From: Clostridiales bacterium
GTDB taxonomy: Bacteria; Bacillota; Clostridia; Oscillospirales; CAG-272
NCBI GenBank assembly: GCA_021202555.1
Contig: JAJQCT010000029.1
Span: forward strand, 170-64,169
Length of the DNA: 64,000 nucleotides
Reading direction: 5' to 3'
Positions 37,046 to 47,718 of this stretch are shown here, piece after piece (the stretch's first letter is position 1; the number at the start of each line of letters is the position of its first letter). The notes beneath the pieces are model-generated. The model ran no database searches. It was given only the letters and a program-made list of their open reading frames with translations, and was not told where the DNA came from. Made by a program: the position numbers and the translations under genes.

Positions 37046-37563
37046 AATATTTTCACCCATTCCTCTTTCAAAAGACCATAGAAATAGAGGTCTGCCCAAT
37101 TTCCGTTGTTGTCTTTTGTTTGACTTCTTTGTACGCCCTCTGATTTCATGCCGAGCTTCCGCATAAGCCCAACCGATTTGACACTGTCAATAGTTTCCGC
37201 AAAAACCTTATGGGCATCAAGCTCATAAAACGCATAATCAATCACGGCTTTGCAGGCTTCGTATGCGTAGCCCTGCCGCCAATAGCTGCGATTAATAAAC
37301 CAACCCATTTCATAAACGCTCGGTCGGGTTTCACTTAAAAGAATATAGCCAATCACTTTTTTCGACTGCTTGTGAACTGCCGCAGCCGCGCCGTTTTTGC
37401 CAATGCAAAAGCTATGCAAAAACTCTTTTGTTTTCCGGAAGTCATAGGCAGACTCACAATTTTTCATTGTTTCGGAGTCGCCTAAAATTTCGTAAAGGTC
37501 ATCGGCATCATCCGGGGTGAAATTGCGGATGATAAGTCTTGTGGTTTCAATATGTTTTGTCAT
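37033..37563 (-). CDS. RimJ/RimL-type GNAT N-acetyltransferase
   Basis: IETTRLIIRNF, EMGW...YWRQGYAYEA, LMRKLGM..EG; start reassigned to MTKHI. Confidence 0.9.
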   Translation of the reverse strand: MTKHIETTRLIIRNFTPDDADDLYEILGDSETMKNCESAYDFRKTKEFLHSFCIGKNGAAAAVHKQSKKVIGYILLSETRPSVYEMGWFINRSYWRQGYAYEACKAVIDYAFYELDAHKVFAETIDSVKSVGLMRKLGMKSEGVQRSQTKDNNGNWADLYFYGLLKEEWVKILCQN

Positions 37564-37610
37564 TATGGAATATTGCAATATATGCATTTTGCTTCGGTCA
37601 AAGTCGTATG

Positions 37611-37725
37611 CCACCCGTGCGCGGCTTGCAAAGCCCGCTCAATCTGTGAAATATTGAACGCGGTATCGCCGTTGACAAAGCGATATGCCGCAAGTGCGAT
37701 TGTTAGGGGCATGAGGTTATTCCCA
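37611..37725. repeat. 115-bp direct repeat, right copy (guaA stop plus truncated nitrilase 5' end)
   Basis: Identical to 33385-33499. Confidence 0.95.
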
Positions 37726-39258
37726 CTCAATAGTTGCCGGTGGCTTTGATGTAATATCATACACAACGCGGTTGACGCCGGAGACCTCGTTCACAATGCG
37801 CGTTGACGTCGCGTCAAGCACGTCGTAGGGGATTCGCGTCCAGTCCGCCGTCATGAAATCCGACGTTGTGACGGAGCGCAGGGCGACCGTGCAGTCGTAG
37901 GTTCTCCCGTCTCCCATTACGCCGACGGAGCGCATATTCGTGAGTACGGCGAAGTACTGATTCATCGTGCCCTCAAGCCCGGCAGCGGCAACCTCCTCGC
38001 GGAAAATCGCGTCCGCCTCGCGCAGAAGATCGGCGCGCTCCTTCGTCACCTCGCCTATTATACGTATGCCAAGCCCCGGTCCCGGGAACGGCTGACGCAT
38101 GACAAGATATTCGGGCAGTCCCAGCTCACGCCCGAGAGCGCGCACCTCGTCCTTGAAAAGCAGGCGAAGCGGCTCGATTATTTCCTTGAAATCGACGTAA
38201 TCGGGCAGCCCGCCGACGTTGTGATGGCTCTTTATGACTGCCGCATCTCCCGTCCCCGATTCGATAACGTCGGGGTATATCGTCCCCTGCGCGAGATAAT
38301 CGACCGCGCCTATTTTTTTGCTTTCCTCCTCAAATACGCGGATAAATTCCTCGCCGATGATTTTGCGCTTTTGTTCGGGTTCCGTCACGCCCGAAAGGCG
38401 TGAGAGAAATCTCGCCTCCGCGTTCACACGGACAAAATTGATATTCCACTTTGAAAATGCGGCTTCGACCTCGTCGCCCTCGTTTTTGCGCATAAGACCG
38501 TGATCCACAAAAACGCACGTAAGCTGCTCGCCGACCGCCTCTGCGAGAAGAGCCGCCGCCACCGACGAATCAACACCGCCTGAAAGCCCGAGAAGCACGC
38601 GCCCGCCGCCGATTTCACCGCGAAGCGAGGCGACGGCGCTTTTGCAGAAATCTCCCATCGTCCAGTCGCCGTGCGCGCCGCACACCTCGTAAAGGAAATT
38701 GCGTATCATCTCCTTGCCGTTTTCGGTGTGATTCACCTCGGGGTGAAACTGCACGCCGTAAAATCCGCGTCCGACATCCGCAATTGCCGCAGTCGGACAC
38801 ATTTCCGTGTGCGCCGCCGTCACAAATCCGTCGGGCACCCTCTCCATGTAATCCCCGTGGCTCATCCACGCGACGCCCTCCGCCGGAAGTCCCTTGAATA
38901 TCGGGAATGAGGTATCGTAATGCGCCTCTGTTTTGCCGTACTCGCGCGCTGTGTCTGAGGTCGCCTCGACAACCAAACCGCCGAGCATATGCGCCATGAG
39001 CTGACAGCCGTAGCAAATTCCCAGAATCGGCACTCCCCACTCGAAAATCTCCGCGCTCACCTTTGGCGAGGAGTCGAGATAGACGGAATTCGGTCCCCCC
39101 GTGAAGATTATCCCTATCGGGGACATTTCCTTTATTTTTGAAATCGGCGTTGTGTAAGGCTTTACCTCGCAGTATACGCCGCATTCGCGCACCCTGCGGG
39201 CTATAAGCTGATTGTACTGCCCGCCGAAATCAAGCACGATTACGGTTTCATGAGCCAT
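37717..39258 (-). CDS. guaA: GMP synthase (glutamine-hydrolysing)
   Basis: [41 protein letters not shown]. Confidence 0.99.
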   Translation of the reverse strand: MAHETVIVLDFGGQYNQLIARRVRECGVYCEVKPYTTPISKIKEMSPIGIIFTGGPNSVYLDSSPKVSAEIFEWGVPILGICYGCQLMAHMLGGLVVEATSDTAREYGKTEAHYDTSFPIFKGLPAEGVAWMSHGDYMERVPDGFVTAAHTEMCPTAAIADVGRGFYGVQFHPEVNHTENGKEMIRNFLYEVCGAHGDWTMGDFCKSAVASLRGEIGGGRVLLGLSGGVDSSVAAALLAEAVGEQLTCVFVDHGLMRKNEGDEVEAAFSKWNINFVRVNAEARFLSRLSGVTEPEQKRKIIGEEFIRVFEEESKKIGAVDYLAQGTIYPDVIESGTGDAAVIKSHHNVGGLPDYVDFKEIIEPLRLLFKDEVRALGRELGLPEYLVMRQPFPGPGLGIRIIGEVTKERADLLREADAIFREEVAAAGLEGTMNQYFAVLTNMRSVGVMGDGRTYDCTVALRSVTTSDFMTADWTRIPYDVLDATSTRIVNEVSGVNRVVYDITSKPPATIEWE

Positions 39259-39288
39259 AAAAATCACCCCTGTTTGTTTTATGAAAGT

Positions 39289-40566
39289 TTATCTGTAGAT
39301 TATATCGTCCCTTGACGGACCGTTTGACACCATTTTAATCGGAATGCCTATATGCTCCTCGGCAAATTCTACGTAGCGGCGCGCGTTTTCGGGAAGCGCC
39401 GAATATTCCTTTATACCGCGGATGTCGCACTTCCAGCCGGGAAGCCTTTCAAGTATCGGCTTGCAGCGCTTGAGCTTCGATGTCGGCGGGAAATAATCGA
39501 TTCTCTCGCCGTCAAGCTCGTAAGCGACGCATACGGGGATTTCGTCAAGATATGAAAGCGCATCAAGGACAGTAAACGCGACCGATGTCGCCGACTGCAC
39601 AAGGCAGCCGTAGCGCGATGCAGGAAGATCAAGCCATCCCATTCTGCGCGGACGGTGCGTCGTCGCGCCGTATTCGCCCCCGTCGCCTCCGCGGCAGCGA
39701 AGCTCGTCCGCTTCGTCTCCGAATATCTCAGACACAAATTCTCCCGCGCCGACAGCGCTCGAGTACGCCTTTACCGTCGCGATAATTTCCTTGATTTCGT
39801 AAGGCGGCACGCCGGCACCGACGGCGCCGTAGCCCGCAATCGTGTTCGATGAGGTAACCATCGGGTAAATTCCGAAATCAGTGTCCTTGAGCGAGCCAAG
39901 CTGCCCCTCAAGCAAAATTGTCTTGCCCTCGCGCACCGCGTTATGAACGAACGTGAGCGTATCTGCCGCGTATGGAGCGAGCGCCTCCTTATATTCCATG
40001 AGCTTATCGTAAATATCGGAGGCTGAAAGCGGTTCACGACCGTAAAGATTGACATAAAGGCAGTTTTTAACGGCGAGCATCTGCTCGATGTGAGCCATTA
40101 TGCTTTCCTTGTCGTCGTAAAGCTCGCTCACCTGAAAGCCGATTTTCGCAAATTTATCAGAGTAAAACGGCGCGATTCCGGATTTGGTCGAGCCGAATGA
40201 GCGCGAGGAAAGGCGCTCCTCCTCCATCGTATCAAGCTCGACGTGATATGGCATAACGAGCTGACAGCGGTCGGATATGAGGATTTTCGGTGTCGGAACG
40301 CTGCGCGATCTGAGGCTTTCAAGCTCGCCCAAAAATTTTTCGACCGAAAGAGCGACGCCGTTGCCGATTATGTTCGTAATGTTTTCGTGAAATACTCCGC
40401 TCGGGAGCTGATGAAGCACAAACTTCCCGCGGTCGTTTATTATCGTGTGTCCTGCGTTGCTGCCGCCCTGAAAGCGAATCACGACGTCAGACTGTCCTGC
40501 CAGAACGTCCGTTATTTTGCCCTTGCCCTCGTCGCCCCAGCAGGCGCCCACTATTGCTTTAACCAT
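39289..40566 (-). CDS. purA: Adenylosuccinate synthetase
   Basis: WGDEGKGK, QGGSNAGHT, EYGATT.RPRR.GWLD. Confidence 0.97.
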   Translation of the reverse strand: MVKAIVGACWGDEGKGKITDVLAGQSDVVIRFQGGSNAGHTIINDRGKFVLHQLPSGVFHENITNIIGNGVALSVEKFLGELESLRSRSVPTPKILISDRCQLVMPYHVELDTMEEERLSSRSFGSTKSGIAPFYSDKFAKIGFQVSELYDDKESIMAHIEQMLAVKNCLYVNLYGREPLSASDIYDKLMEYKEALAPYAADTLTFVHNAVREGKTILLEGQLGSLKDTDFGIYPMVTSSNTIAGYGAVGAGVPPYEIKEIIATVKAYSSAVGAGEFVSEIFGDEADELRCRGGDGGEYGATTHRPRRMGWLDLPASRYGCLVQSATSVAFTVLDALSYLDEIPVCVAYELDGERIDYFPPTSKLKRCKPILERLPGWKCDIRGIKEYSALPENARRYVEFAEEHIGIPIKMVSNGPSRDDIIYR

Positions 40567-40596
40567 GCTCTGTATCTCCTGTAAAGATAATAAAAT

Positions 40597-42030
40597 TTAT
40601 ACGTTTATCGAAACGGCTTTTATGTCCTCACCCTCATACTCTGCGAGTACGGGCGCGACCTCATCCGAAAGAAATGCCTCGGTCTGCTCGGGTGCGCATC
40701 CCACGTAGCGTGACGGCTCGAGTATTTTATCAAGCTCACCGCGCGTCACGGAAAAGGCGGGGTCGGCGGCAATTCTGTCGAGCAGATCGCACTCGGCGCC
40801 CTCCTCTTTGATTCGCCTCGACGCCTCCATTGAGTGAACGCGGATTTTTTCATGAAGCTCCTGACGGTTTCCGCCGCGCATAACGGCGTCCATCATGATA
40901 TTTTCAGTCGCCATGAACGGAAGCTCCGCTAAAAGGTGCTTTTCTATCACCTTAGGATAGACTATAAGACCGTCTGACACGTTCACGTAAAGGTTCAGTA
41001 TCGCGTCAGTCGCGAGAAACGCTTCCGGCACCGATATTCGCTTGTTAGCCGAATCATCAAGCGTGCGCTCAAACCACTGCGTCGCCGCCGTGAGCGCCGG
41101 ATTCTGCAAATCCGAGATTACATAGCGCGAAAGCGACGCTATGCGCTCCGAGCGCATCGGATTGCGCTTGTACGCCATCGCCGAGGAACCTATCTGTCCC
41201 TTTTCAAACGGCTCCTCGATTTCCTTCAGGTGCTGAAGAAGCCTTATGTCGTTTGAAAATTTCGCGGCGCTCTCGGCAATCCCCGCAAGCACGGCGAGAA
41301 CGTCGAAATCAACCTTGCGCGAATACGTCTGCCCCGAAACGGCGTAAACGTCGGAAAATCCCATCTTTTCGGCAATTTTGCGGTCAAGCTCGCGCACCTT
41401 TCCGACGTCTCCCCCGAAAAGCTCAAGGAAGCTCGCCTGCGTCCCCGTCGTCCCCTTTGATCCGAGAAGCTTCAGTCTCGATTTGCGGAATTTCACGTTT
41501 TCAAGGTCGGAGAGAAGGTCTGAAATCCAAAGCGTCGCGCGCTTCCCGACTGTCGTCGGCTGCGCCGGCTGAAAATGCGTAAACGCGAGCGTCGGCTGGG
41601 ACTTATATTTCTCCGCGAAATCGGCAAGCACGCGAATCACCGCGACAAGCTTTTTCTCGATTACGCAAAGCGCCTCTCTCATTATGATAAGGTCGGTGTT
41701 GTCCCCGACGTAGCAGGACGTTGCGCCGAGGTGAATTATTCCCGCCGCCGACGGACACTGCTGTCCGTAAGCGTAAACGTGGCTCATCACATCGTGGCGC
41801 ACGATTTTTTCGCGCACCTCGGCGACCTCGTAGTTGATGTCGTCGGCGTGTGCCTTCATCTCGTCGATTTGCTCCTGTGTCACGGGAAGTCCAAGCTCAT
41901 GCTCCGCCTCGGCGAGCGCAATCCAAAGCCGTCTCCATGTGGAAAATTTGAAATCGGGCGAGAAAAGACGCTTCATCTCCTCGTCTGCATACCGCTCCGA
42001 AAGTGGCGATACATATGTATTTTTCTCCAT
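40597..42030 (-). CDS. purB: Adenylosuccinate lyase
   Basis: RHDVMSH, IHLGATS, THFQPAQ, GSSAMAYKRNP. Confidence 0.97.
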   Translation of the reverse strand: MEKNTYVSPLSERYADEEMKRLFSPDFKFSTWRRLWIALAEAEHELGLPVTQEQIDEMKAHADDINYEVAEVREKIVRHDVMSHVYAYGQQCPSAAGIIHLGATSCYVGDNTDLIIMREALCVIEKKLVAVIRVLADFAEKYKSQPTLAFTHFQPAQPTTVGKRATLWISDLLSDLENVKFRKSRLKLLGSKGTTGTQASFLELFGGDVGKVRELDRKIAEKMGFSDVYAVSGQTYSRKVDFDVLAVLAGIAESAAKFSNDIRLLQHLKEIEEPFEKGQIGSSAMAYKRNPMRSERIASLSRYVISDLQNPALTAATQWFERTLDDSANKRISVPEAFLATDAILNLYVNVSDGLIVYPKVIEKHLLAELPFMATENIMMDAVMRGGNRQELHEKIRVHSMEASRRIKEEGAECDLLDRIAADPAFSVTRGELDKILEPSRYVGCAPEQTEAFLSDEVAPVLAEYEGEDIKAVSINV

Positions 42031-42072
42031 ATTAAGTAACCATTCCTTTTCCGAAAATTGTACGTTCCGCGT

Positions 42073-43290
42073 TTACCTTCCGTATTTATCGACAATACGT
42101 GACAGCGCGCGTTTTGTGTTTTCGCGCGAGCCGAACGAGGTAAGCCTGAAATAGCCCTCGCCCTCCGCTCCGAATCCTGCCCCGGGGGTGCCGACGACGG
42201 CGCATCCTTCAAGCAGCGCGTCGAAAAATTCCCATGAGCCGACCCCGTCGGGGGTTTTCATCCAGACATAGGGCGAATTTACTCCGCCGTAAGCCTCAAA
42301 TCCCGCGGAAAGAAGTCCCTCGCGTATGATTCTCGCATTTTCAAGATAATATTCGACGTGAGCCTTAACCTCACGCTGTCCCGCCTCGGAATAAACAGCC
42401 TCGGCGGCGCGCTGCGTCACATAGGAAACGCCGTTCATTTTCGTCGACTGCCGTCTTGACCACATTTTATGAAGGCTCACGCCGCCGCGGACAAGTGATT
42501 TCGGAATCACCGTATAGGCGCATCTCACACCTGTAAATCCCGCAGTCTTTGAAAAACTGCGAAATTCTATGGCACACGTTTCGGCTCCCTTTATCTCGAA
42601 TATCGAATGAACAGTGTCGTCCTCGGTGATAAACGATTCGTAAGCAGAATCATAGAGAATGACCGCTCCCGTGTCGTTCGCAAAATCGACCCATTTCTGA
42701 AGCTCGCGCTTCGGTATGCTCACGCCGAGGGGATTGTTCGGGAAGCAAAGGTATATCATATCGACGTGAACGGCAGGAAGTTCGGGAAGAAAGCCGTTTT
42801 CGCGGCGGCAGGGCATATAGACGATGCGCGACCATTTGCCCCCCTCGTAGTCTCCCGCGCGTCCGGCAATCGCGTTTGAATCGACGTACACGGGATAAAC
42901 GGGGTCGCATACGGCAAGCACGGCATCATCCGAGAAAAGCTCCCCTATCGATGATGAATCGCTCTTGGCGCCGTCCGAGACGAATATCTCATCCGCTTCG
43001 ATTTGCACGCCGCGCGCCTCGTAATCGTGCTTTTTTATCGCCTCACGCAGAAAATCGTATCCGTAATCGGGCGGATACCCGCGAAACGTCTCGGCGCGCC
43101 CCATCTCGTCGGCGGCTTTTTTCATTGCCTCAACGCAAGCCGCGGGAAGCGGGAGCGTCACATCCCCGATTCCGAGACGTATAACATCCGCCGAAGGATT
43201 GTTTTTTTCGTATTCACTGACGCGCCGCCCTATTTCCGCGAAAAGATACGACGCGGGCATTTTCACAAAGTTTTCGTTGATTTTAGCCAC
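42073..43290 (-). CDS. dapL: LL-diaminopimelate aminotransferase
   Basis: SYLF, LGIGDVT, SDGAKSD, CFPNNP, SFSKTAGFTG.R; GTG start at 43290 after GGGGGA. Confidence 0.95.
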   Translation of the reverse strand: MAKINENFVKMPASYLFAEIGRRVSEYEKNNPSADVIRLGIGDVTLPLPAACVEAMKKAADEMGRAETFRGYPPDYGYDFLREAIKKHDYEARGVQIEADEIFVSDGAKSDSSSIGELFSDDAVLAVCDPVYPVYVDSNAIAGRAGDYEGGKWSRIVYMPCRRENGFLPELPAVHVDMIYLCFPNNPLGVSIPKRELQKWVDFANDTGAVILYDSAYESFITEDDTVHSIFEIKGAETCAIEFRSFSKTAGFTGVRCAYTVIPKSLVRGGVSLHKMWSRRQSTKMNGVSYVTQRAAEAVYSEAGQREVKAHVEYYLENARIIREGLLSAGFEAYGGVNSPYVWMKTPDGVGSWEFFDALLEGCAVVGTPGAGFGAEGEGYFRLTSFGSRENTKRALSRIVDKYGR

Positions 43291-43310
43291 GCTTATTTTT
43301 CCCCCAAAAA

Positions 43311-44153
43311 TCATATTTCAATCGTGCCGTCATACACAAGCTCGGCGGCACCAGTCATAAATACGCTGTCATCGTCCTCGATTTTTATTTTCAGATCCCC
43401 GCCGCGAAGATGTACAGTCGCCTCACTGTCAGTGTACCCGCATATGTAAGCGGCGGCGGCTGACGCGCAGGCACCCGTACCGCAGGCGAACGTCTCGCCC
43501 GAGCCGCGCTCCCATACGCGCATAATTAGCTCGCGTCTGTTTTTTATTTTAACAAATTCGACGTTCGCGCGCTCGGGAAACATCGGGTGATTTTCAATTT
43601 TCGCGCCGAGCGTCAGAACGGGAAAGCTCTCGGCATCCCCATCGAGGAAAATCACGCAGTGCGGATTTCCCATAGAAACGCACGTCACGATAAATTCCAT
43701 GCCGTCAACCGAAAGCGGAGCATTTACCGTTTTCGGGAGAAGCGTCGGAATATCGTCCTTGTACGTTGAGAATTTCCCCATATCGACGCACACCTCAGAA
43801 ACGCGCCCGTCAGCTCCCGTATCGAGGTAAAGCGTCTTGATTCCGCTTCGCGTCTCGACTGTGAGAGTTCGCTTTTGCACGATTTTTCTGTCGTAAACAT
43901 ATTTCCCGACGCAGCGTATTCCGTTGCCGCACATCATGGCAAGTGAGCCGTCTGCGTTGTAAATTTCCATTTTGCAGTCCGCTCGCTCGGAGGGAGCGAT
44001 TAAAATTATGCCGTCCGCGCCCACGCTGTAGCGTCGGCGGGAAAGTCGGCGCGAAAGCTCGGGCAGGTCGATGCCGCTTATGTCCTCGCGAAAGCAGTCT
44101 ATGTAAATATAATCGTTCGCAAGCCCATGCATTTTGGTAAAGTGAAGCGTCAT
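43311..44153 (-). CDS. dapF: Diaminopimelate epimerase
   Basis: FTKMHGLANDY, MCGNGIRC, SMGNPH, ERGSGETFACGTG; start reassigned to MTLHF. Confidence 0.97.
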   Translation of the reverse strand: MTLHFTKMHGLANDYIYIDCFREDISGIDLPELSRRLSRRRYSVGADGIILIAPSERADCKMEIYNADGSLAMMCGNGIRCVGKYVYDRKIVQKRTLTVETRSGIKTLYLDTGADGRVSEVCVDMGKFSTYKDDIPTLLPKTVNAPLSVDGMEFIVTCVSMGNPHCVIFLDGDAESFPVLTLGAKIENHPMFPERANVEFVKIKNRRELIMRVWERGSGETFACGTGACASAAAAYICGYTDSEATVHLRGGDLKIKIEDDDSVFMTGAAELVYDGTIEI

Positions 44154-44271
44154 AAATGCATCCTTTCCAAGTTGTTTTAATTTGTTTTGCTTTGTTTTTC
44201 CCCCCCCCCGCATATCGGGTCATATCGGGTTATATCGGGCGCCGCGGATTATTTGCGGCATTACAAAGAAA

Positions 44272-44313
44272 AAACACACTCCATCGGATATATGCCTCAC
44301 CGATGGGGTGTGT
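44272..44313 (-). terminator. tRNA-Gln terminator
   Basis: ACACACTCCATCGG...CCGATGGGGTGTGT hairpin with an adjacent A-run (T-run on minus). Confidence 0.65.
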
Positions 44314-44315
44314 GA

Positions 44316-44386
44316 CTGCGGAAGAAGGATTTGAACCCTCACAAACAGAGTCAGAGTCTGTCGTGCTGCCATTACACAATTCCGCA
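44316..44386 (-). tRNA. tRNA-Gln(CTG)
   Basis: TGCGGAA...ACAGA-CTCTGAC-TCTGT...GGTTCAAATCC...TTCCGCAG cloverleaf; no encoded CCA; promoter TTGACA-17-TATAAT at 44467-44439. Confidence 0.95.
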
Positions 44387-44614
44387 TTATTCGCTTGTTC
44401 CGCGCCGAAGCACAGCCTGCTCCCCCGCCGCGTATGTAATTATAGCACGCTGATTTTCGTTTGTCAAGCGTTTTTTCAAAAAAATTTGGACTTGCGGCGA
44501 TTTTTTTCGGGCTTTCCGGGTCATATCCTTTTGTGACAGGGAGCATAAGCAAAAAAATTTTCAAAAAGCACTTGACGAATGCGCTGTTTTATGCTATAAT
44601 CTTGCTTGCGCCGT

Positions 44615-44700
44615 GGAGAGGTATCGAAGCGGTCATAACGAGGCGGTCTTGAAAACCGTTTGGGCGCAAGCCCACATGGGTTCGAATCCCATCCTCTCCG
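44615..44700 (+). tRNA. tRNA-Ser(TGA)
   Basis: GGAGAGG...GCGGT-CTTGAAA-ACCGT, long variable arm GGGCGCAAGCCC, GGTTCGAATCCC; promoter TTGACG-17-TATAAT at 44572-44600. Confidence 0.96.
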
Positions 44701-44704
44701 AATA

Positions 44705-44745
44705 AAAAGCACGGGGAAAGCATTTGCTTTCCCCGTGTTTTTTTT
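44705..44745. terminator. Bidirectional terminator
   Basis: AAAAAGCACGGGGAAAGCA-TT-TGCTTTCCCCGTGTTTTTTT. Confidence 0.85.
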
Positions 44746-45424
44746 ATTTTACGGAATAAACCGAAAGCTCCGAATATTCGCCTATCATCGGCGCGAGCTG
44801 GCGAAATCCGATTTTGCCGCCGCCGAGCAAAGCTCCGTAGGTTTTCCCGTCGTCGTCAAATGTGAAAATCAGAAGCTCGTTCACGTAAAACTCAACGCGG
44901 GCGCCGTGCTTTACGACGCCGATTTTATATGGCTCCTTTGCGTCCTCGACATTCGGAATCGGGTCGCCGCCCTGCGCGGTGAGATAAAATCCGTAGCTTT
45001 TGCGCAGATTGCAGGTGTGAAACGCGCGCTCGTCGGGTTCCTTTCGCCTGAAATATGAGATATGAAAGGCGTTGATGTCACCGTGATGATACTGCGGATA
45101 TTCTCCCGTGCGCGGGGAGAGCGCCGGCGAGAACAGATCCTCGCCGCCTCTGCCCGACGCGGCAAAAAACATCATCGCAAGTCCCGGCTCTCGCAGCGGG
45201 CGGAAATTCCATTCGATTACAACGTCGGACGGGAAGGTTTCGGGACACCAGAGAACGTAATTCGCGCGCTGCCCCTCGCTTTGCGGCATGGCATTTTCAA
45301 GACGCATTTTCCCGTCGGGAAAGGATATGTCGGCGCTGCCCTCAAGCACGAAGCCTTCGATGTCCCGCTCGCACGAAAGCACATTTTCGTAAATAAGCTC
45401 GGCGTCAAGTCCGTATTTTTTCAT
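44744..45424 (-). CDS. DUF1961/YesU-family protein
   Basis: VLWCPE.FP, PGLAMMFF, YHHGDINA.H.SYFRR, CNLRKSYGF, GGKIGFRQ.AP. Confidence 0.85.
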   Translation of the reverse strand: MKKYGLDAELIYENVLSCERDIEGFVLEGSADISFPDGKMRLENAMPQSEGQRANYVLWCPETFPSDVVIEWNFRPLREPGLAMMFFAASGRGGEDLFSPALSPRTGEYPQYHHGDINAFHISYFRRKEPDERAFHTCNLRKSYGFYLTAQGGDPIPNVEDAKEPYKIGVVKHGARVEFYVNELLIFTFDDDGKTYGALLGGGKIGFRQLAPMIGEYSELSVYSVK

Positions 45425-47655
45425 ATAAGCTCCTCACTTTCACACGGTATAATGTTTATTCGGGCGTCTCCGTGAATTTTGCCGTCCCTCGTCCTCGCGC
45501 GGCACATAACCTCGCCGCAAATCCCGTCCTTCGAGCGCACCATGAACGCGGCGTGACCGCCTTCAAGCGCAATAGCTCTCTCGCCTATAAATTCGGCATT
45601 TTCCGAAACCTCGATTTCGATTTTGTCGTCCGCACCTTTCAGTACCGTGCCGTTTTCATCGACAAGCTCAATCCACACATTTGTCAGATCCGCCCCGTCG
45701 TCGACAAGCGTCAAGTATTCCGGCGTAAGCCTTAAAGAGGACGGGGTGCCGGGCGTTTTTCTGACACAGCGTGAGACCTCTGCCCCATTCCTGTACCCGA
45801 CGGCTGAAAGCTCGCCTGCCTCACACGCTATGCCGTGAAACAGAAACGCGGGATGCGGAAGATTCATGTACAAATTCGGGCGCATACGTCCCGCCGATTT
45901 GCCGTTCATGAAAAGCTCGACCTCACTGCAGTTGCCGAGAACGAGTATATCTCTCATATTCCGCCCGCCGTCCGGACTGCAAACGATATACAAAACCTCC
46001 TCGTCCGCGGGGTCCTTCTGCGAGCGGTAAAGATACGAAACAGGCTTCGGATAGCGGAATATATCGTAAAGCCCGCTATAAAAAACGTGACCCGTTTTCG
46101 TGTAGTTGACCTCATTATTGTAATCGAACATACTCCAGCCGAATCCGCCGGCGCAGAAATTGTTTCCGAGGTAATAATCCATCGCCCCGGCAAAGGAATC
46201 AATGAATTTTCGCGCCCCATCGTCGTCGGCGCCCGGAAAGCCGTCACCAGACCACCAGTCCATCGAATGCTCCGTTATTATAAACGGAGTGAATCTCGGA
46301 CGCTCGGGATACGTGTAATTTACGGCAAAAACGTCCTCCTGAAATTCGCTGTCCATGTACGATTCGAGCCGCCTCACGCCGTGCGTCGGGCGCGTCGGGT
46401 CGAGGCGCTTTGAAAGCGCGTTCGATTTTTCGTAAAGCTCACGGCTGTCGAAGGATTCGTTGACGCGCACGCCCCACGAGATAATCGAGGGGTGATTTCT
46501 GTCGCGGACTATCATCTCGGAAATGCTGAAAAGATATTCCTTCTGCCACTGCTCATCTCCGACGTGCTGCCATCCGGGCGCTTCTTCAAGCACAAGCAGC
46601 CCTATTTCGTCGCAGCGCGACAAAAACGCGGGGCTTTGTGGATAATGCGAGCATCGCACGGCGTTGAATCCGCATGATTTAATCAAATCCGCGTCGGCAC
46701 GCTGAAGCTTGTCGCACACAGCGCGTCCGATCCACGCCCACATCTCGTGTCGGTTTATACCGACAAGCTTGATTTTCCGTCCGTTGAGATAAAACGCAGA
46801 CTCGCTCTCGCCGCTCGTAAACATAGAGCTTCTCACGCCGAAGCGTTCGAGGCGAAAATCGCGTATTTTGCCGCATTCGAGGTATACGTTCGCCTCATAA
46901 AGGTGCGGAGAATCGATGTCCCACAGCCTCACATCTTCCGAAATATTTGTCGAAAGCGGCGCGGTGACCGTGCTGTCGGGCGCGATTTCAAGCGTTTTTT
47001 CAACATTTTCGGATGATTTTGCGCCGCAGTACGATATAAATGCGGAAAGCTTCACCGCTGCGGCGCGCCCCGTCATGTTTTTAATCTCTGCGTTTACCGT
47101 GACGCTTCCGTTGACATCCGATGTCACAAAAACGTCACTTATGTAGACCTCGGGCGTGATTTTAAGCCTCACATCGCGGACAATTCCGCCAAAAAGGCAG
47201 TAATCGACCTCGCCGCCCTCCGGCGGTATGTCGGCGTGACGGCGCGAATCGACGCGCACGGCGATGAGATTCACGCCTGTGTGAGCCTTATCCGTTATAT
47301 CGACGGAAAAGCCCGTATATGCGCCCCTGTGCGCTCCTGCGAAAATCCCGTTCACGTAAACCTCGGCGACGGTGGCAGCACCGTCAAATTCGAGAAACAA
47401 GCGCCCCGCTGTCATTTCCTCTGTCAGCGTGAGGCTTCGGAACCAGCATGACACAAAGCGGTACGAGTTGATCGAGTCCATGAAATCAACTCCCGCATCG
47501 GGGTCACTTTTGTGATTTTCGAGAAGTACATTCTCATGCGGCAATGTTACGTCCGCAAGCTCACGCGATGCGGGAAGCTCTGTCATTCCCGAAAGCTCCG
47601 CGTCATCTGCGAGATATTTCCATCTGCGATTCAGGTTATAGGTTTTGGATGTCAT
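45421..47655 (-). CDS. Glycoside hydrolase family 2 (beta-galactosidase-like)
   Basis: H.GAYTGF, GGIVRDV, GINRHE, NAVRCSHYP, RDRNHPSIISWG..NE. Confidence 0.93.
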   Translation of the reverse strand: MTSKTYNLNRRWKYLADDAELSGMTELPASRELADVTLPHENVLLENHKSDPDAGVDFMDSINSYRFVSCWFRSLTLTEEMTAGRLFLEFDGAATVAEVYVNGIFAGAHRGAYTGFSVDITDKAHTGVNLIAVRVDSRRHADIPPEGGEVDYCLFGGIVRDVRLKITPEVYISDVFVTSDVNGSVTVNAEIKNMTGRAAAVKLSAFISYCGAKSSENVEKTLEIAPDSTVTAPLSTNISEDVRLWDIDSPHLYEANVYLECGKIRDFRLERFGVRSSMFTSGESESAFYLNGRKIKLVGINRHEMWAWIGRAVCDKLQRADADLIKSCGFNAVRCSHYPQSPAFLSRCDEIGLLVLEEAPGWQHVGDEQWQKEYLFSISEMIVRDRNHPSIISWGVRVNESFDSRELYEKSNALSKRLDPTRPTHGVRRLESYMDSEFQEDVFAVNYTYPERPRFTPFIITEHSMDWWSGDGFPGADDDGARKFIDSFAGAMDYYLGNNFCAGGFGWSMFDYNNEVNYTKTGHVFYSGLYDIFRYPKPVSYLYRSQKDPADEEVLYIVCSPDGGRNMRDILVLGNCSEVELFMNGKSAGRMRPNLYMNLPHPAFLFHGIACEAGELSAVGYRNGAEVSRCVRKTPGTPSSLRLTPEYLTLVDDGADLTNVWIELVDENGTVLKGADDKIEIEVSENAEFIGERAIALEGGHAAFMVRSKDGICGEVMCRARTRDGKIHGDARINIIPCESEELI

Positions 47656-47718
47656 ATACGCTCCACTGAAAAGTATTTTTCATTGACAGGCGAGCAAATT
47701 ATTCGCCCGCAGTGACCG

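Larger units (their letters stand above)
33385..37725. mobile_element. Decayed AT-rich genomic islet at the guaA 3' end
   Basis: Sharp GC drop from about 33500 to 37600; flanking direct repeat includes the guaA terminal codons; contains RM genes and several pseudogenes; no integrase inside. Confidence 0.8.

Noticed and set aside
44200-44209. C10 tract upstream of dapF as a phase-variation switch
   Set aside because: It lies outside the coding region and outside any recognisable promoter spacer, in front of a housekeeping operon. It may be a sequencing artefact.
44316-44700. tRNA-targeted island
   Set aside because: No integrase and no duplicated tRNA 3' end seen; the flanks have host-like composition.
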